Shown here piece after piece: positions 1-12,633 of a DNA stretch of 64,000 bases; the stretch's first letter is position 1, and every line of letters begins with the position of its first letter. The DNA comes from Batkoa obscura (Eukaryota), in contig JASVEC010000019.1 in assembly GCA_030770535.1 (NCBI GenBank), positions 620,001 through 684,000 of the forward strand, written 5' to 3'. Made by a program: the position numbers and the translations under genes. Under the pieces are notes generated by a model, which did not search any database, was not told the DNA's origin, and was given only the letters and a program-made list of their open reading frames with translations.

Positions 1-268
1 AAAAAAATCATTTATATATTAACACATTAATATATTAATAAAAAACTTATCGAAATAATCAATAAAAACTTAGTTTTATTTATTACTATATATATCTACT
101 TTATAATTTGTGAAAAAAACTATTAATTTTGTAAGCTACTTTTAATTATACTCATAACACAACTAATATTTATAGTTCAATCCATAAAATTAGAATTGCT
201 TATTAAATGAAAATCATTTCCAATAGTTAATTTAGTTGCTCTATACTAACTTTAAACAAACAACAAAT

Positions 269-365
269 AGGGGTGTTTTTTTGGCTTCATTATTTTTTCC
301 ATTTTTTAAGCGCTATTTAAACAGAAGGTTTGTAGTAAAATTCTTAAATATAAAAATACATCCCC
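269..365 (+). mobile_element. ~98-bp GGGGATGT-ended MITE
   Basis: Family consensus ggggatgtttttttggcttcatta..ccattttttaagcgctattt..gtaaaattcttaaa.acaaaaatacatcccc. Confidence 0.85.
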
Positions 366-520
366 ATATGGTTTATTTGATTTATAGCATAATTACTAAG
401 CTAAAAAAAGAATGTACAATTAATATAAAGTATTTCATTCAATAACATCAATTCAATTCTAACATTGCATATAAATCAAAAACAAAGTGATCTTGATCAT
501 TAGAAAAATAACTAATATAT

Positions 521-618
521 GGCGATGTTCTTTTGTGTTTAAGAATTTTACTGACAATATTTCCACTCAAATAGCGCTTAAAAAATGGAAAAGTAATGAA
601 ATCAAAAAAAACATCCCC
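521..618 (-). mobile_element. ~98-bp MITE
   Basis: Reverse-orientation copy with ATAT TSD. Confidence 0.9.
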
Positions 619-1104
619 ATATGGTAATTTAATTTTATAATAGGGTATACAAAGGGGATTCTCTTTATTTATTTTAAAACAGAGATCAAATAGAGCTTGA
701 ATCGCATCAAGGAGTTGCTTCAACTTATGATAAATCAGCTGCTAATCTAAATTCGGAAGTTGAGATAAAAATGCATCGTCATTAGCATGAAACGAGCTGT
801 GTCCTCATGATCCATCTAATATATTAGAACCATAATTAACCTTAAGCTTAGATCGATTAAAATAACGTAAAGTTTGATTTTATGTCAAATGCAACTCGTT
901 TTTATAACTAACATATAATATTAATGACCAGAAAAGCAAATAGAGTTAACTATTAAAGTGCTACTATTTTACATCTTGTAAAAATAAATAATAATTGTTC
1001 ATCTATAACGTGTCTCGATTTTACTTTATTAATCAAGTTTTAAATTCTCGAAATAGCGCTAAACCCCTGAAATCTTATAAAATTAGTTGGACAAGTTATT
1101 ATAT

Positions 1105-1198
1105 GGAGATGTTTTTTTAGCTTCGCTTTTTCCATTTTTTAAGCACTATTTGAGTAGAAAGGTTGTTAATAAAATCCTTAAACACAAAACACATCACT
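1105..1198 (+). mobile_element. ~98-bp MITE
   Basis: Family consensus, ATAT flanks. Confidence 0.85.
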
Positions 1199-1543
1199 AT
1201 ATGTAGTAATGGTCGATTAGTGAATCTTTTATAATTTTTGGTGCTATTAACGATGATCTTCATGTTTGTTACAGGAAAGTTTGTTGACTGTATAGCTTTA
1301 AATTTTATAAACAATTTTCAAATTGGTTTCAATAGTAGGATATCAAATAGTTACTATGATTTTTAAATGCTATATAGTTGTATTAAGGTGGATTTTACTT
1401 ATTTTAAGTTTATATATAAATTAAAAAGTTAGATTAAAATCAATGTATATGTATTAAATAAATCCTTTAGATAAAAGTTATAAATGATAGAAGCGCAAAA
1501 AGTAAAAAAATGGAACTATAGTTAATATTGAATTTATTTACAT

Positions 1544-2278
1544 CTAATTTAGGGAAAGTATATTAAAATAAAGGTTTAGTATCGAATATGAGATATTCAG
1601 ATAATAACTATCGATATAGTCAAGTTTTATCAAGATGTGAGCTTGACCAAAGTAATAAAGTAAATCATATACATACTTTGAATAAAGATCCTTTTTTTGA
1701 TTGTTCTTAGGTTTAAAATATTTCTCAGTCACAAATAGTATGATGGTTAAAAGCATAAAGTTGTATACTGGATTCATGAAATTTTGCTTAAAAAATTCAA
1801 TATTAATTTCATTTAAAATAAGATTGATATTACTTATATCTAGTGCAAAAAATAAATCTACTAAAATAAGATCTTCCTTGTCAAAATTATATAAAAATTG
1901 AAAGCTATTTTCAAAACTGATATTAGAAATTGGGTTATAACCTTTAGTAATAAGTTGAGTTAAGTCTAAGCTGTTGTGTATTAGCTCGACTTCTTCATTT
2001 AATAAATTTTTAAAATCGGTATTGATTGTCCTATTGAGGCCAGAGTTTGAATTTTCATAATAGTATGTTGAAGTATTACTTGAACCTGTAGAAGGACTTA
2101 AGGAAGGACTTAAGGAAGGACTCAAAGTATGACTAAAAGAAGGTGTTAAGGTAGAATTTGACAAAGGGCTTGTAGGAACAAGCTGTATACAATCTTTTAA
2201 TAAAGAATATAATGAAGAGTCAGGAATCAAAGCATTCTTTATATTGTTGAACAAAGGTTTGGGCAAAATATTGGTCAT
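1544..2278 (-). CDS. Hypothetical 244-aa protein with Ser/Pro-rich (LSPS)n region; C-terminal half weakly reminiscent of a fungal transcription-factor middle domain
   Basis: Intronless ATG..TAG ORF, long for this AT content; 12-bp tandem repeat at ~2091-2123 encodes LSPS units; the domain guess rests only on an LVDLFF-type helix. Confidence 0.55.
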   Translation of the reverse strand: MTNILPKPLFNNIKNALIPDSSLYSLLKDCIQLVPTSPLSNSTLTPSFSHTLSPSLSPSLSPSTGSSNTSTYYYENSNSGLNRTINTDFKNLLNEEVELIHNSLDLTQLITKGYNPISNISFENSFQFLYNFDKEDLILVDLFFALDISNINLILNEINIEFFKQNFMNPVYNFMLLTIILFVTEKYFKPKNNQKKDLYSKYVYDLLYYFGQAHILIKLDYIDSYYLNISYSILNLYFNILSLN

Positions 2279-2419
2279 CTCAAATTTACGAACTAAATAA
2301 AAAGATTACTTTTCACTGGTTATATAGTGCTATCTACCTCAAATTTTTTATTAGTTAATAAAAATAGATAAATAATGAATGACTTTCAGAAGCCATCGAA
2401 CTAAGTTCAATAACAATGG

Positions 2420-2983
2420 TGTTATATAAATTCACTTGCTACTGTCGTTTACTGCTCCTTTCTAGAACAGGATATGCTATAAATTGACCCATTTGTAAAC
2501 TAATCCGATCGTTCATTCTTAGAATACCAACTTTGGCAATAACAAGTTCCTTATTTAGAGCTTATTTTAGACCAAATAAGAACCATTTTTAATTGTTCAA
2601 AATAGTCTTTTTATGATTTCTAAATCCCATCATTTTTGTTGCTTAAAATTGTTCATATTTAAGACTTTATTGCCTTAAATATTCGATAACATTAGGTCTC
2701 TTTTACTAACTATTTGATTAAATAAAGCTCATAATATCACTCTCATACTTTAACTTTGAATTACAACGATAGTATTTGGAATTTCTTTGTTTTTATAACC
2801 AATTTAACCTTAATAAAGTCCATAGTTTTAATTTTGCTTATTGTATTCTGAGATTTTAATATTGAATTAACTCTGAGATTGAGCCTTTATATTAAGATCA
2901 ATTCTGTTATTTCAGTGTTCTACACTAATCACTTCACTTGTTATTTGATATATATAGGACTGAAAGTTTACATAGAAATAACA
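2420..2983. mobile_element. Possible degenerate solo LTR
   Basis: Ends TGTTAT...ATAACA (6-bp inverted repeat), internal AATAAA; flanks aatgg/aatca match only partly. Confidence 0.25.
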
Positions 2984-4751
2984 AATCAGTCTAGAACGAA
3001 ATAACGTAATTTATATATTTTCTATTTAATAAACTAAGAATGTTATCAATAAAGTAACATTAACCTTAATTTTGGTTTCATTTGAGAATATGCTCACCAT
3101 CTCGAATTACTAAATATAAAAGTTCAATGCCTATTTAGATAGATATATCAATTACCTTTTAAAAACATTGAAAATAGAGCTTTTCTATAATAGATACTTT
3201 TGAAGTTTAAACTATCAGTATAAACTATTAATAAAAAAGCTAAAATAGTAATAAAAAAGAGCTTATACAGTATCTTTCAATAATCACACATCAAATAACT
3301 TCTAAATCTTATATGAAAGCTCTACAGTTTAGCCCAATCGATAAAAAATATCTACTTTCTGATTATATCTATCTCCTCATTATATAGAAAGCCATCTGGA
3401 GAATAAAAGTGAAAGAAATCCCACTTTGGCTATCGGCTTCTTCCAAAGATAATAGGTTGTTGAACTCAATTTCTATTTTACCAGGTGGTACTCTTTGAGG
3501 ATTTTATTTCCTAGCCCCACTGACTTTATCATTTAAACTTTTATTTTAACTAATAAAACACTTGAAGTTTCAGTTTTCAAAAGAAGAAAAGAGCTGTAAA
3601 TCGGTATCAAAACTGTTGTCTTCAGATAATATAGACTATTTTTCTTAAAATTTGCTCCAAAAGTTATATTTATATAATATAATTTTAATTACCGCCTGTA
3701 TAAAGATATCAAACAGTATATCAAAAATAATAATCTTTTCTATGGAACATTTTTTGGTATAAAGTATTTGAAAAAAAGGCCGTTTTAGTAAAGCTTTATT
3801 AACTAATACAAAAAATTTAGTAATCGATAAAATTAAATAACTTTTGTTTTGAATTATGAACCTTTAAGTAAGATAAATAAATACGTTAGCTTTGCAGTAT
3901 TTATATAAAAATGTCTGTACACATTGCTGACGAATTTCTTAGAAAAAATCCTTAGCTTCTCTATTTCTTATACAAGAGTCATCATTGTATCTTTGAAGAA
4001 TATTATTAGTTTTATACTAAAAGCTTTCAAAAACACCACAATAGCAATTATGGGCTCAATAAATATTCGTTTCTTATTCTGTTTAAGTTTGTTTTTATAT
4101 ATATAATTTTACTTCGAAGGCTACAGGGCTTTGTGTTTTGTTAGTTAATAAAACGATCAGGAAAGAGACATTATAGTAGTAGAAAATCAAAGAATCGATG
4201 AAGCTTACAGAAGTTTATGAAAGAAGTCATTGTGGGTCGGTTAAAGCCAGTCATAAAGGAAAAAACCAGGATCATATAGTGTCGGTCTTGTTGCGGGCGA
4301 GCTTAGAAATTGAGTATCTGAGTTTGGGAAAGGTAAGGTTCAATATCCAGGGAACACTTTTGTATATTTGGATTTAAAATTTTGAAAGTAAACTTAGTTT
4401 TAGATATAATTGATCTATTGAAGCTACTAGAATATTAATGCCTCTTCACTTCATCGCATCTAACTTTATAATCTTTGAAATGACCAACATTTTTTTTTAA
4501 GCTAGCTTATTAAAACAACATTAAAGTGAAGTCTCTTATTCTACATATATTTTGATTTATTACTTTGTTTAGCTTTCCTCACCCTACATCAATAAACTTT
4601 AAAGATGCAAGAAATCATGACCAATAGCTTGATATAAAAATTAAAAGTTGATAGGAAGTATTTTGACCCTAATTCATTGCTCTTTAAAAAAAGAAATTAT
4701 AAAGAAAAAATCAACAAAATTGTATCAAATAGACATAATTTACTAAAAAAA

Positions 4752-5765
4752 TCAAGAGCTATATGGGAAAGCAGATTGTAGACCATTTGTTTTTGATTTG
4801 AAGCTAAATTTTGACAACACTTTATCTACTTGCTTACGTGTTGGATCATGAATTAATAAAACAAATAGTGCGTTTATAATACCGCTAAATGAATTAAATA
4901 TATGGCTAAATGTTGTTATATCCGGATCAATATTTCTCGGATTTAAAGCTAGTGATAATGACACCGTTGCATTTGGTAAAATACATACTATATAAGCTAA
5001 AATCATACAGGTTAGCTTTAATGTTGTCCAGAACTTGATTCTTGCTATTTTAGCATCTGTGTTATTATCTTCAAAGTAAAGACTCTCTTTTGTTGGTGAA
5101 TCAGCCCCATCAGAAATTACTAATCCTTCTGTCAAAGCATGCTTTGAATCCCCATTTCTGATTTTTAACGTTAAATATTTGTTATAAACTAAATTTAAAT
5201 TAAAGTAGCAGAACACAATGATAATCAAACTGATTAGAAATCTGGCCATAAATAAAATGTATGTGAATTTAACATAAGTTCCATTATTCGATGCTAGTTT
5301 AGGGAAAGGCAAGCATATGAGCTTAGATGGAGACCAAAAATAAGGATCTTTATAATATAAATTAAATAGCGTTGTCCCTAAAGATAATGAAATTGATAAT
5401 GAAGACATAATATACCAAAATAAGTTGGATATCTTATACTTCCTACAAATAGTAAAATATCTCATTAAGCCTAAAATAGCTACCAGTTCTAAGGAAGATT
5501 CCATTGTTATTATTGTTATACTTGTGTCACTTGCACACCACCAATTCGGAAATAAAGTTGTATCTTGATTAAAGCTCGTCATTAGTGATATCCTTACAAC
5601 CGAATTTATATAAAACAAACAATCAAGGATCCCAATCACCAATATTAGTTTTAAATCTGTGCCTTTTAAACTTAATTTGATGACAATTATGTAAAACATT
5701 AAACAATTTATCATTATGCCTATTAAAGCTTGGATTAGCAAAACTATTTCTCCTGCGTATCCCAT
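4752..5765 (-). CDS. Class A (rhodopsin-like) 7TM G-protein-coupled receptor, intronless
   Basis: 337 aa with 7 hydrophobic segments; GxxIN in TM1, D in TM2, WWC before TM3, MRY at the DRY position, YIVCILP in TM6, INALF in TM7. Confidence 0.85.
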   Translation of the reverse strand: MGYAGEIVLLIQALIGIMINCLMFYIIVIKLSLKGTDLKLILVIGILDCLFYINSVVRISLMTSFNQDTTLFPNWWCASDTSITIITMESSLELVAILGLMRYFTICRKYKISNLFWYIMSSLSISLSLGTTLFNLYYKDPYFWSPSKLICLPFPKLASNNGTYVKFTYILFMARFLISLIIIVFCYFNLNLVYNKYLTLKIRNGDSKHALTEGLVISDGADSPTKESLYFEDNNTDAKIARIKFWTTLKLTCMILAYIVCILPNATVSLSLALNPRNIDPDITTFSHIFNSFSGIINALFVLLIHDPTRKQVDKVLSKFSFKSKTNGLQSAFPYSS

Positions 5766-6584
5766 CTTTTATATTAAATTATTAAATTGAAAAAAAATAA
5801 AAAATAAAAGTCTTTAATATAGGTATTTATCTAATATTAGTATTACCATTTTAGCTAGTAACCATGTTTTATTCATTACAATAATAGCACAACGAAATTA
5901 AGGTAAAGGAAATAGTAATCAAAAATCTATAAATAGCAAATGAGATTAAATAAAAGAGAATAAAAATATATTGAAGCTTGTTTCTAACTAGAACTAAGTA
6001 ATTATAATAAAATTTATAACCCAAGTTTTAAAAATTTTCATTTTTTTTATTTTGCAAAGCATATTATCATTACTTACTAACAAATATATTACTACTTCTA
6101 ACAAAGTAATTTTAATATTATATTGATTTTTAAGAGGGTTGCGTTATATTTCATAAAATAATTATTTTTTTTATAAAAGGACCTATTGGGTATACAACCT
6201 TAATAAGCATTGTCAAGAATTTGATTCAGGAAATATATTGATCTGAAAGAGATCTCATAAATTTCTATAAACTTTATTGTTTGCTAATAACATTGTGTAC
6301 TATATCTCCAAAACTATTAGATTTTAACTAATAATTGTACACAATCTATAATGTTATCTATAAAATAATCTTCCTTTTTGGGCAAATATGCTACCCTAAA
6401 GATGTAGAATTGCTACACATAAACCTTCATGTAAGAAATGTCTCATTTTTGAACATAAAAAACACCTCCTGTCGCAATCGATATCCTTTTTACTACTTTT
6501 GATCATAAAAAGGAGCTTGCTTTAGAAATAACTCTGTAGTTTTTCAATGATCAATGATCAATAATCAAAATAGAACACTAACTA

Positions 6585-6892
6585 GAACAGAATCCGTTCA
6601 GTTGAGGATAGACTTATTAAATTTAAGCATTTTTTCATTTGATTAAGCACCATGAAATTATTATAAAATTGTTAGCATTTAAATTTCATATTTTTTATAA
6701 CTTGACCAAGTTCGAAAACATTTGCTTATTTTAAAACTGCCTATCTTTTAACTTTTAAATATTTCATATTAGCAATTAAGAGAGAAAATGAAATTTAAAT
6801 GCTAACAATTTTGTAATGATTTCATGGTGCTTAACCAAATGGAAAAATGCTTAAATCCAACAAGTCTGCCCTTAACTAAACGGATTCCGTTC
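6585..6892. mobile_element. Fold-back/MITE-like element with ~105-bp imperfect inverted arms
   Basis: 6585-6689 is the reverse complement of 6788-6892; mismatches are mostly transitions. Confidence 0.75.
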
Positions 6893-7560
6893 CGATAATT
6901 ATTTGCATAAAACAGAATGGCCTTGTATTTATGCATAAGAACATTTTTGAAAAGGCAATAAATTAAATAAAACTTGTTATTAGAGTTAGTATACCCAAGG
7001 TCTAATTTTCCGGTTTTAGTTTCTTGAAAAATTATAAATTAAGTAAAAATACTATTAAGATATTTGCTCTTTTGCTTAAACAAACAATATGGTAACGCCT
7101 TTTTACTGTAGGATTTAACTGTAAACTTTTTGAGTTTTGCTAAATATAAAGATGAACAAGAAAGTTTAAAAAAGTCCAATTTTCATATGAATTTTGTAAT
7201 TGATACTATAATTACAATGATATTTTTAGTAACCTCTATTTTCATTAATCCAAAAACTAGATTATAAATCTATACATGATAGGAAAATTATTTTAAGAAT
7301 TAACTTTATTCTTACAAGGTAACTACTTAAAGATCAAAACTCTAACACTACCATGAAGAAACCCAATATTAGGTTAATTATTATATATAGTTATGTCCCT
7401 TACATAACTGATAGTTTTATTAATTATATGATAAACCCAGATTTATTGTAATTCTTAATTTATAAAACTATGCAACTATATAAAAATCATAGCGATATAT
7501 AATAGCTGATGTAACAATTGTTTTTTCTGATTAGAAACTACTTTTTTAAAAATCGAATAT

Positions 7561-7657
7561 GGGGCTGTTTTTTTTAGTTTCATTATTTTTCCATTTTTTA
7601 AGCGCTATTTTGTGGAAAAATTGTCAGTAAAATTCTTAAATACAAAAATACATTCCC
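7561..7657 (+). mobile_element. ~98-bp MITE
   Basis: Family consensus. Confidence 0.87.
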
Positions 7658-8279
7658 AAATACTCTTATAGTTTAAAAAGCTTATTTTTAATTTTAGTTA
7701 TTTAAAACATTTCCTTTTAAGAATATAAAAAAAATTATATTGAAACATCCATCTTTATAATCATTAGAGTTCAATTATAGACACTTGCATAAATTAAAAT
7801 ATCGATACTTAGTATTAATTTGCTAAATAATTGATTATTTAAAATCTCAACATTATTTGTATTAGTCTTTGAGCTCAAATATACTTTTATAAATTCTTGT
7901 TAAAACTTACAAGTTTTTTAAACTTGCTGAGCTGCCTCAAAAAAATATTTGAAATCTTTGAAAATAATCATTTGTCAAATTCTTAATAAAAACCAGACAC
8001 TTTAACTTACATAAAACATCTATTACCAACCTTTAATAACTATGTAGAAAAACCAATATGATTATAAAGTTATAGGGGTATTTCGAAGGTTCTTGAAGCT
8101 TTTTTGAATAAGGGTAAATCTAAGAATATAGAACTACAATAGATAAAAATATTTGCTGCAATTTTTTTTAGACAAAATAGACAATTGAAATATCAACAAT
8201 TAGATAAAACTTACCATTGTAACTAATATATTCGTTAGCTTTTCAAACCTGAAACTACAAAAACTTCTGAAAAAACCAT

Positions 8280-8376
8280 AAGATTGTCTTTTTTAGTACC
8301 ACCACTTTTTCCATTTTTTAAGCCCTATTGAGAGAGGGAAATGTTAGTAAATTTCTTAAATAAAAAAGACATCCTC
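8280..8376 (+). mobile_element. ~98-bp MITE, diverged
   Basis: Diverged match to family consensus. Confidence 0.75.
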
Positions 8377-8714
8377 ATATAATAAAACCTTAAGTTTAAA
8401 AAGGATGCTTTTAGTGTGTTTACTAAATGTATAGTTAATAACTTGTAAAATTAATTCATAAATAATAGACGATAAATAAACATTTTGATGAAATAATTAA
8501 TTTTAGGCATAAACGTTTGAATTTGAGGCGTCAGCCTTTCAAGAAATAAGACATAATCATAATATGTTTGAACTTTTACTGCATTAAGTAGTTAAATAAA
8601 GTCTTTAAGTCGATCTCAAAAGCAATGCATATAGTATTTAAAAACTATATAAAATTACAATATCATAAATTCAAATCTAAATTTTTAATTCATTTGATCC
8701 CTGTTTATTATAAA

Positions 8715-9737
8715 ATGGTCGATGCTGGAGAAATTTTTATGTTGATACAAGATTTGATAGGTATTATAGTTAACTGTGCAATGTTTTATATAATTGTTGT
8801 AAAACTGAAGTTAAAGGGCATAGATTTGAAATTGATACTTGTAATTGGAATTCTTGATTGTTTGTTTTTTATAAACTCGGTACTAAGGATATCTTTAATA
8901 ACTTGGTTTAACCAAAATTTGAAATTGCTTCCAACTTGGTGGTGCGGTTGGGATTCTACATTGACATTAATAACATTGGAAACTTCATTTGAATTAGTCG
9001 CTATATTAAGTTTGATGAGATATTTTACGATTTGTACTAAATATAAGCCTCCAATCTTATTCTGGGTCTTGATCTCACTCTTGTCTTTTTCAATTTCAGT
9101 AATAGCACCATCATATGCGTTTAAGTATAATGATCCCTTTTCATGGTCAGCCTCAAAATTAATTTGTTTACCGTTGCCTAAACCATCAGCACATAATTTA
9201 GATTATGCTAAATTTTTGTACTCTTTCTTTATGGCTAGATTTATATTCGATATATTGGTTATTGTATTTTGTTACTTGAATATAACTTTAAAATATAATA
9301 AGGCTATCTCAATTAATTTCTATGATACCACGACAGTCTATCAGCAACGAAATCTTCAAATTCCCTACAATGATACCATACACGATGTCCAATCAATTCA
9401 GAGCTCCGACTTTAAATGTGACGAACATACTAATAAACAAATTAGAAAAATTCGTACCTCCACTACCATAAAACTATTGACTATAGTTATTGCCTATATA
9501 GTATGCATATTACCCAACTCAATACTTTCATTAAAGATAGCATTAAAACCTGAACCAATCAACTCGAATTTAGTGACTTGCACTCATATATTGATTTCGT
9601 TTGTTGGGATTATCAATCCATTATTTGTACTTTTGGTACATGAACCATCTCGTCGTCAGCTGATTAGATTAACACCTTTCATATTTCCAAATAACAACAA
9701 AAAAATACATAAATTTCCTTACTTTAGGCACCCTTAA
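8715..9737 (+). CDS. Class A-like 7TM GPCR, paralogue of 4752-5765
   Basis: Starts MVDAGEI (aligned with MGYAGEI of the paralogue); shares DLKLILVIGILDCLF, LMRYFTIC, SKLICLP, AYIVCILPN, INPLF. Confidence 0.85.
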   Translation: MVDAGEIFMLIQDLIGIIVNCAMFYIIVVKLKLKGIDLKLILVIGILDCLFFINSVLRISLITWFNQNLKLLPTWWCGWDSTLTLITLETSFELVAILSLMRYFTICTKYKPPILFWVLISLLSFSISVIAPSYAFKYNDPFSWSASKLICLPLPKPSAHNLDYAKFLYSFFMARFIFDILVIVFCYLNITLKYNKAISINFYDTTTVYQQRNLQIPYNDTIHDVQSIQSSDFKCDEHTNKQIRKIRTSTTIKLLTIVIAYIVCILPNSILSLKIALKPEPINSNLVTCTHILISFVGIINPLFVLLVHEPSRRQLIRLTPFIFPNNNKKIHKFPYFRHP

Positions 9738-9902
9738 GTTTCATATAGTATTAACGTGGTCATTGATTGTCTTGTTTTAATTATTATTGTTTATCATAAT
9801 AAAATTATTTTCATATTATCTAAATATGAACTTTAAACTAAAAACATAATTGTTTTTAATTTTTATTATAATACCTAAAATTGAAAAGAATGAATCTAAA
9901 AA

Positions 9903-9974
9903 TAGCATCTGAAGGTTTCGATCCTTCGACCTCGGGGTTATGAGCCCCGCGCGCTTCCTCTGCGCCAAGATGCT
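9903..9974 (-). tRNA. Initiator tRNA-Met (CAT)
   Basis: 72-nt cloverleaf with A1-U72 pair, GGGG-CTCATAA-CCCC anticodon arm, GATCGAAA T-loop (A54/A60 initiator signature), T-run downstream. Confidence 0.96.
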
Positions 9975-10293
9975 TTCTATAACTATAAGAAAATTTTTAT
10001 ATAAAATTTTTTTAAAAGTGCCCTCAGTTTATTAAAATAAAATGAAATGAATTTTTAATAGCGAACATTTAATACTTTACATCTAAAAAGACTCTTGTTA
10101 TAATTTAATCTGCTATTGTATTGTTTCCATACTATTTTGGTTTTTCTAACCATTTTTGTGACTTTTTACTGCGGAAATTAAAAAAAGTTAGAGTAGCAAG
10201 CCAATTAAATCTGCCTAATTTGTAATATTAAAGCAATAATTTAAACCCTTATCTTTTTCTTTCATTAAGTCTAGTAGTAAATAAAATTAAAAA

Positions 10294-12387
10294 ATGAGAG
10301 GAAGAAGAAAATCAAAAGGAGAAATTTCTAGAGGAATTCGAAGGTCAAATTCAAAGCCTAAGAACTCTTCAAATCATGATATCTATTTAGATGGTGATGA
10401 ACTGATCTCATTTGCTGAGCTACAAAAGTTTACAAGCAATAATAATAACTTTGTAAATCAAGTTCAACTACTCAATTCAGGAAACTCAAGGAGAAAAATG
10501 AAAAGTAATAAAAGGGATATTAGTACCAATAGCAGAGATAGCAATGATAATAACAAGAACTACAATAATGGAAATGAGCCTTTGAAAATTGGCGGAATGG
10601 AATTGATAGTCGAAAATGATTATATCGACACAACTAGTAATCTAAGTTATAACGTAATTATTTTAATAATTCAAAACTTAAAATTAAACCTGTTTAGAAC
10701 ATTTTCCAAAGTAATAAAAAGAATCTTAACTCCAAACGACATAAAAGTGATGTGAATAGAAATTCAAAAAGCAAAAGCAAAAGCAAAAGCAAAAGCAAAA
10801 GCAAAGAAAATTACCAGCAATCAAATAGCCAAGGCAAAAACTCTAAAAAGAATGGGAAAAATACTATTTCTAATAATAGTGTTGCATTTGTTAAAGCCAT
10901 TAAAGGTATTTAATATTAGAAAATTTAGTATATTCTTATCATCTTTAAAGAATCAAGCGAAGATGATGAAAGCGATTGGCCATCCTACGATACTTCAGAT
11001 GAGGAAGGCCCATCAAGTGGAGTTAAAAAGAGTAGCTCAATCGAAGAAACAGTAATTAAAGTTCATTCTTGATATTTATTTTTAACACAATATGTAGGAG
11101 ACAAAAGAAGTTCTTAGTTTAAGTGATACATTTAGTAATATAGTAGAAAATGTAGATGATATTTTATCAGATATGGCATCGCCATTCGAAGGCTTTTCAG
11201 ATGAAATGGTTCGGGATGAAAGAAGTTCACCACAAGGGAACTCGATCAAAAGTGAGATATACTCAAAAGAGGAACAAAATTTTAATAACATTATAACAAA
11301 ATTAGAAAATATAAATTTGGACTCTTTAATTACTTTGGATACTCTAGGAGGGTATGCGGAACATACTGGTAATCAAAATGCGATCAATCAATCAAGTATA
11401 TTTATAAAGCATCAAGGATCTAAAGAAGCCATTATAATATCTGACGGAGAAAAGTTTGATGAAAAAGAGATTGATTGCGAAAATTTGTCATTGGAAAATC
11501 AAGAAGGAAAGAACGTTATTGAATTATCAGATGAAAACAGTTATAATAGTAGCGATTCAGATGGTTATACTAGTGATTCAGAAAACATTGAAGTTGATTT
11601 TACTGATTCTGATAATGATAGCAAAATTCAAGATTATCTTGACAATATGTCGATTGAAGCAATGAAGTTGAATGTAGTAGATATTGATGATGATAGGGAT
11701 ATGTATATAGACGACCCATCATTTGAGTTCAAGCAAGGATTCTTCTATGCCATCAATGCTATACTTAAAGAGTATCCTCAACTTGATCAAGAAGAAGCGC
11801 TTTCAAATATGAAAAAGAAATATCCTGAAATGTTTAAGCAACGAGAAAAGAAAAGTAAAAATAAAGCTAATTCAATAAGCAAAGAAAGCCATGTAAAAGT
11901 ACATAAAACAAAAAGTACAAACGTTATGTCACAGATATTCTTTGACTTTTTAGTAGCAAAGGATAAGCGCAAGATTGAATTTCCACCTGTTAGTAAGGAT
12001 TTGGTTAATAAATTGCTTATGATGGGCAGTGAACACGGCTTGGTTGCCAATTGCTCTGGGAAAGGAAAAAAGAAAGTAGTGACATTAATCAAAACAAAAC
12101 GTACTGTTATACCTTCAAGTATTAAAGAGATTGATTTGCTAGCCTATTCTAACATCAAGAAGAAAAATGTGACTATTAGTAAGAGAACTGAAAAGTCAAT
12201 TTCTGTAACTGGAGGTAGTGGATTAAAGGTAAATAAAGCACCACCAATTGCAGTATCTAATGTAGGCCATAAATTACTTTCTAAGATGGGCTGGGCACCG
12301 GGACAAAAGCTAGGTACAAACGATAATGGGTTGCTTATACCTATCCAACCTCAAGCTAGGAAAAGAAATTCTGGGCTTGGATCTTGA
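10294..12387 (+). CDS. SQS1: SQS1/Pfa1-like R3H + G-patch protein (~667 aa, 3 exons: 10294-10653, 10698-11051, 11098-12387)
   Basis: C-terminal G-patch SNVGHKLLSKMGWAPGQKLG...RNSGLG; R3H-like FPP...GL...SGKGKKKVVTLIKT; two GT-AG introns join the ORFs in frame. Confidence 0.75.
10767..10806 (+). repeat. (AAAAGC)n coding microsatellite (KS repeat)
   Basis: About 6 tandem units in exon 2 of the SQS1-like gene. Confidence 0.9.
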
Positions 12388-12633
12388 AGTATAGTTATAT
12401 ACTTGCTAGCTGCAAAAATTATATTAAAATGTCAAGATATTGATTTAAATTTGCTTTTATTCATGGTTGTAAATGCTTTATAATCTATTTTCTTTATTTT
12501 CGCGGTTAAGTTTATATCAAATATTACTTGTCAAAATTTTTCAAGTCAATACTGTAGCTTCAAAATGTAATTTTATGTTACAATAAATTTTTAATCAAAA
12601 TCATAGTACTTTATTGATAATAAAATAACACCT

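Noticed and set aside
3912..4356. GC-richer TG..CA-bounded segment as a solo LTR (similar vague segment at ~54880-55620)
   Set aside because: No TSD and no second copy in the window
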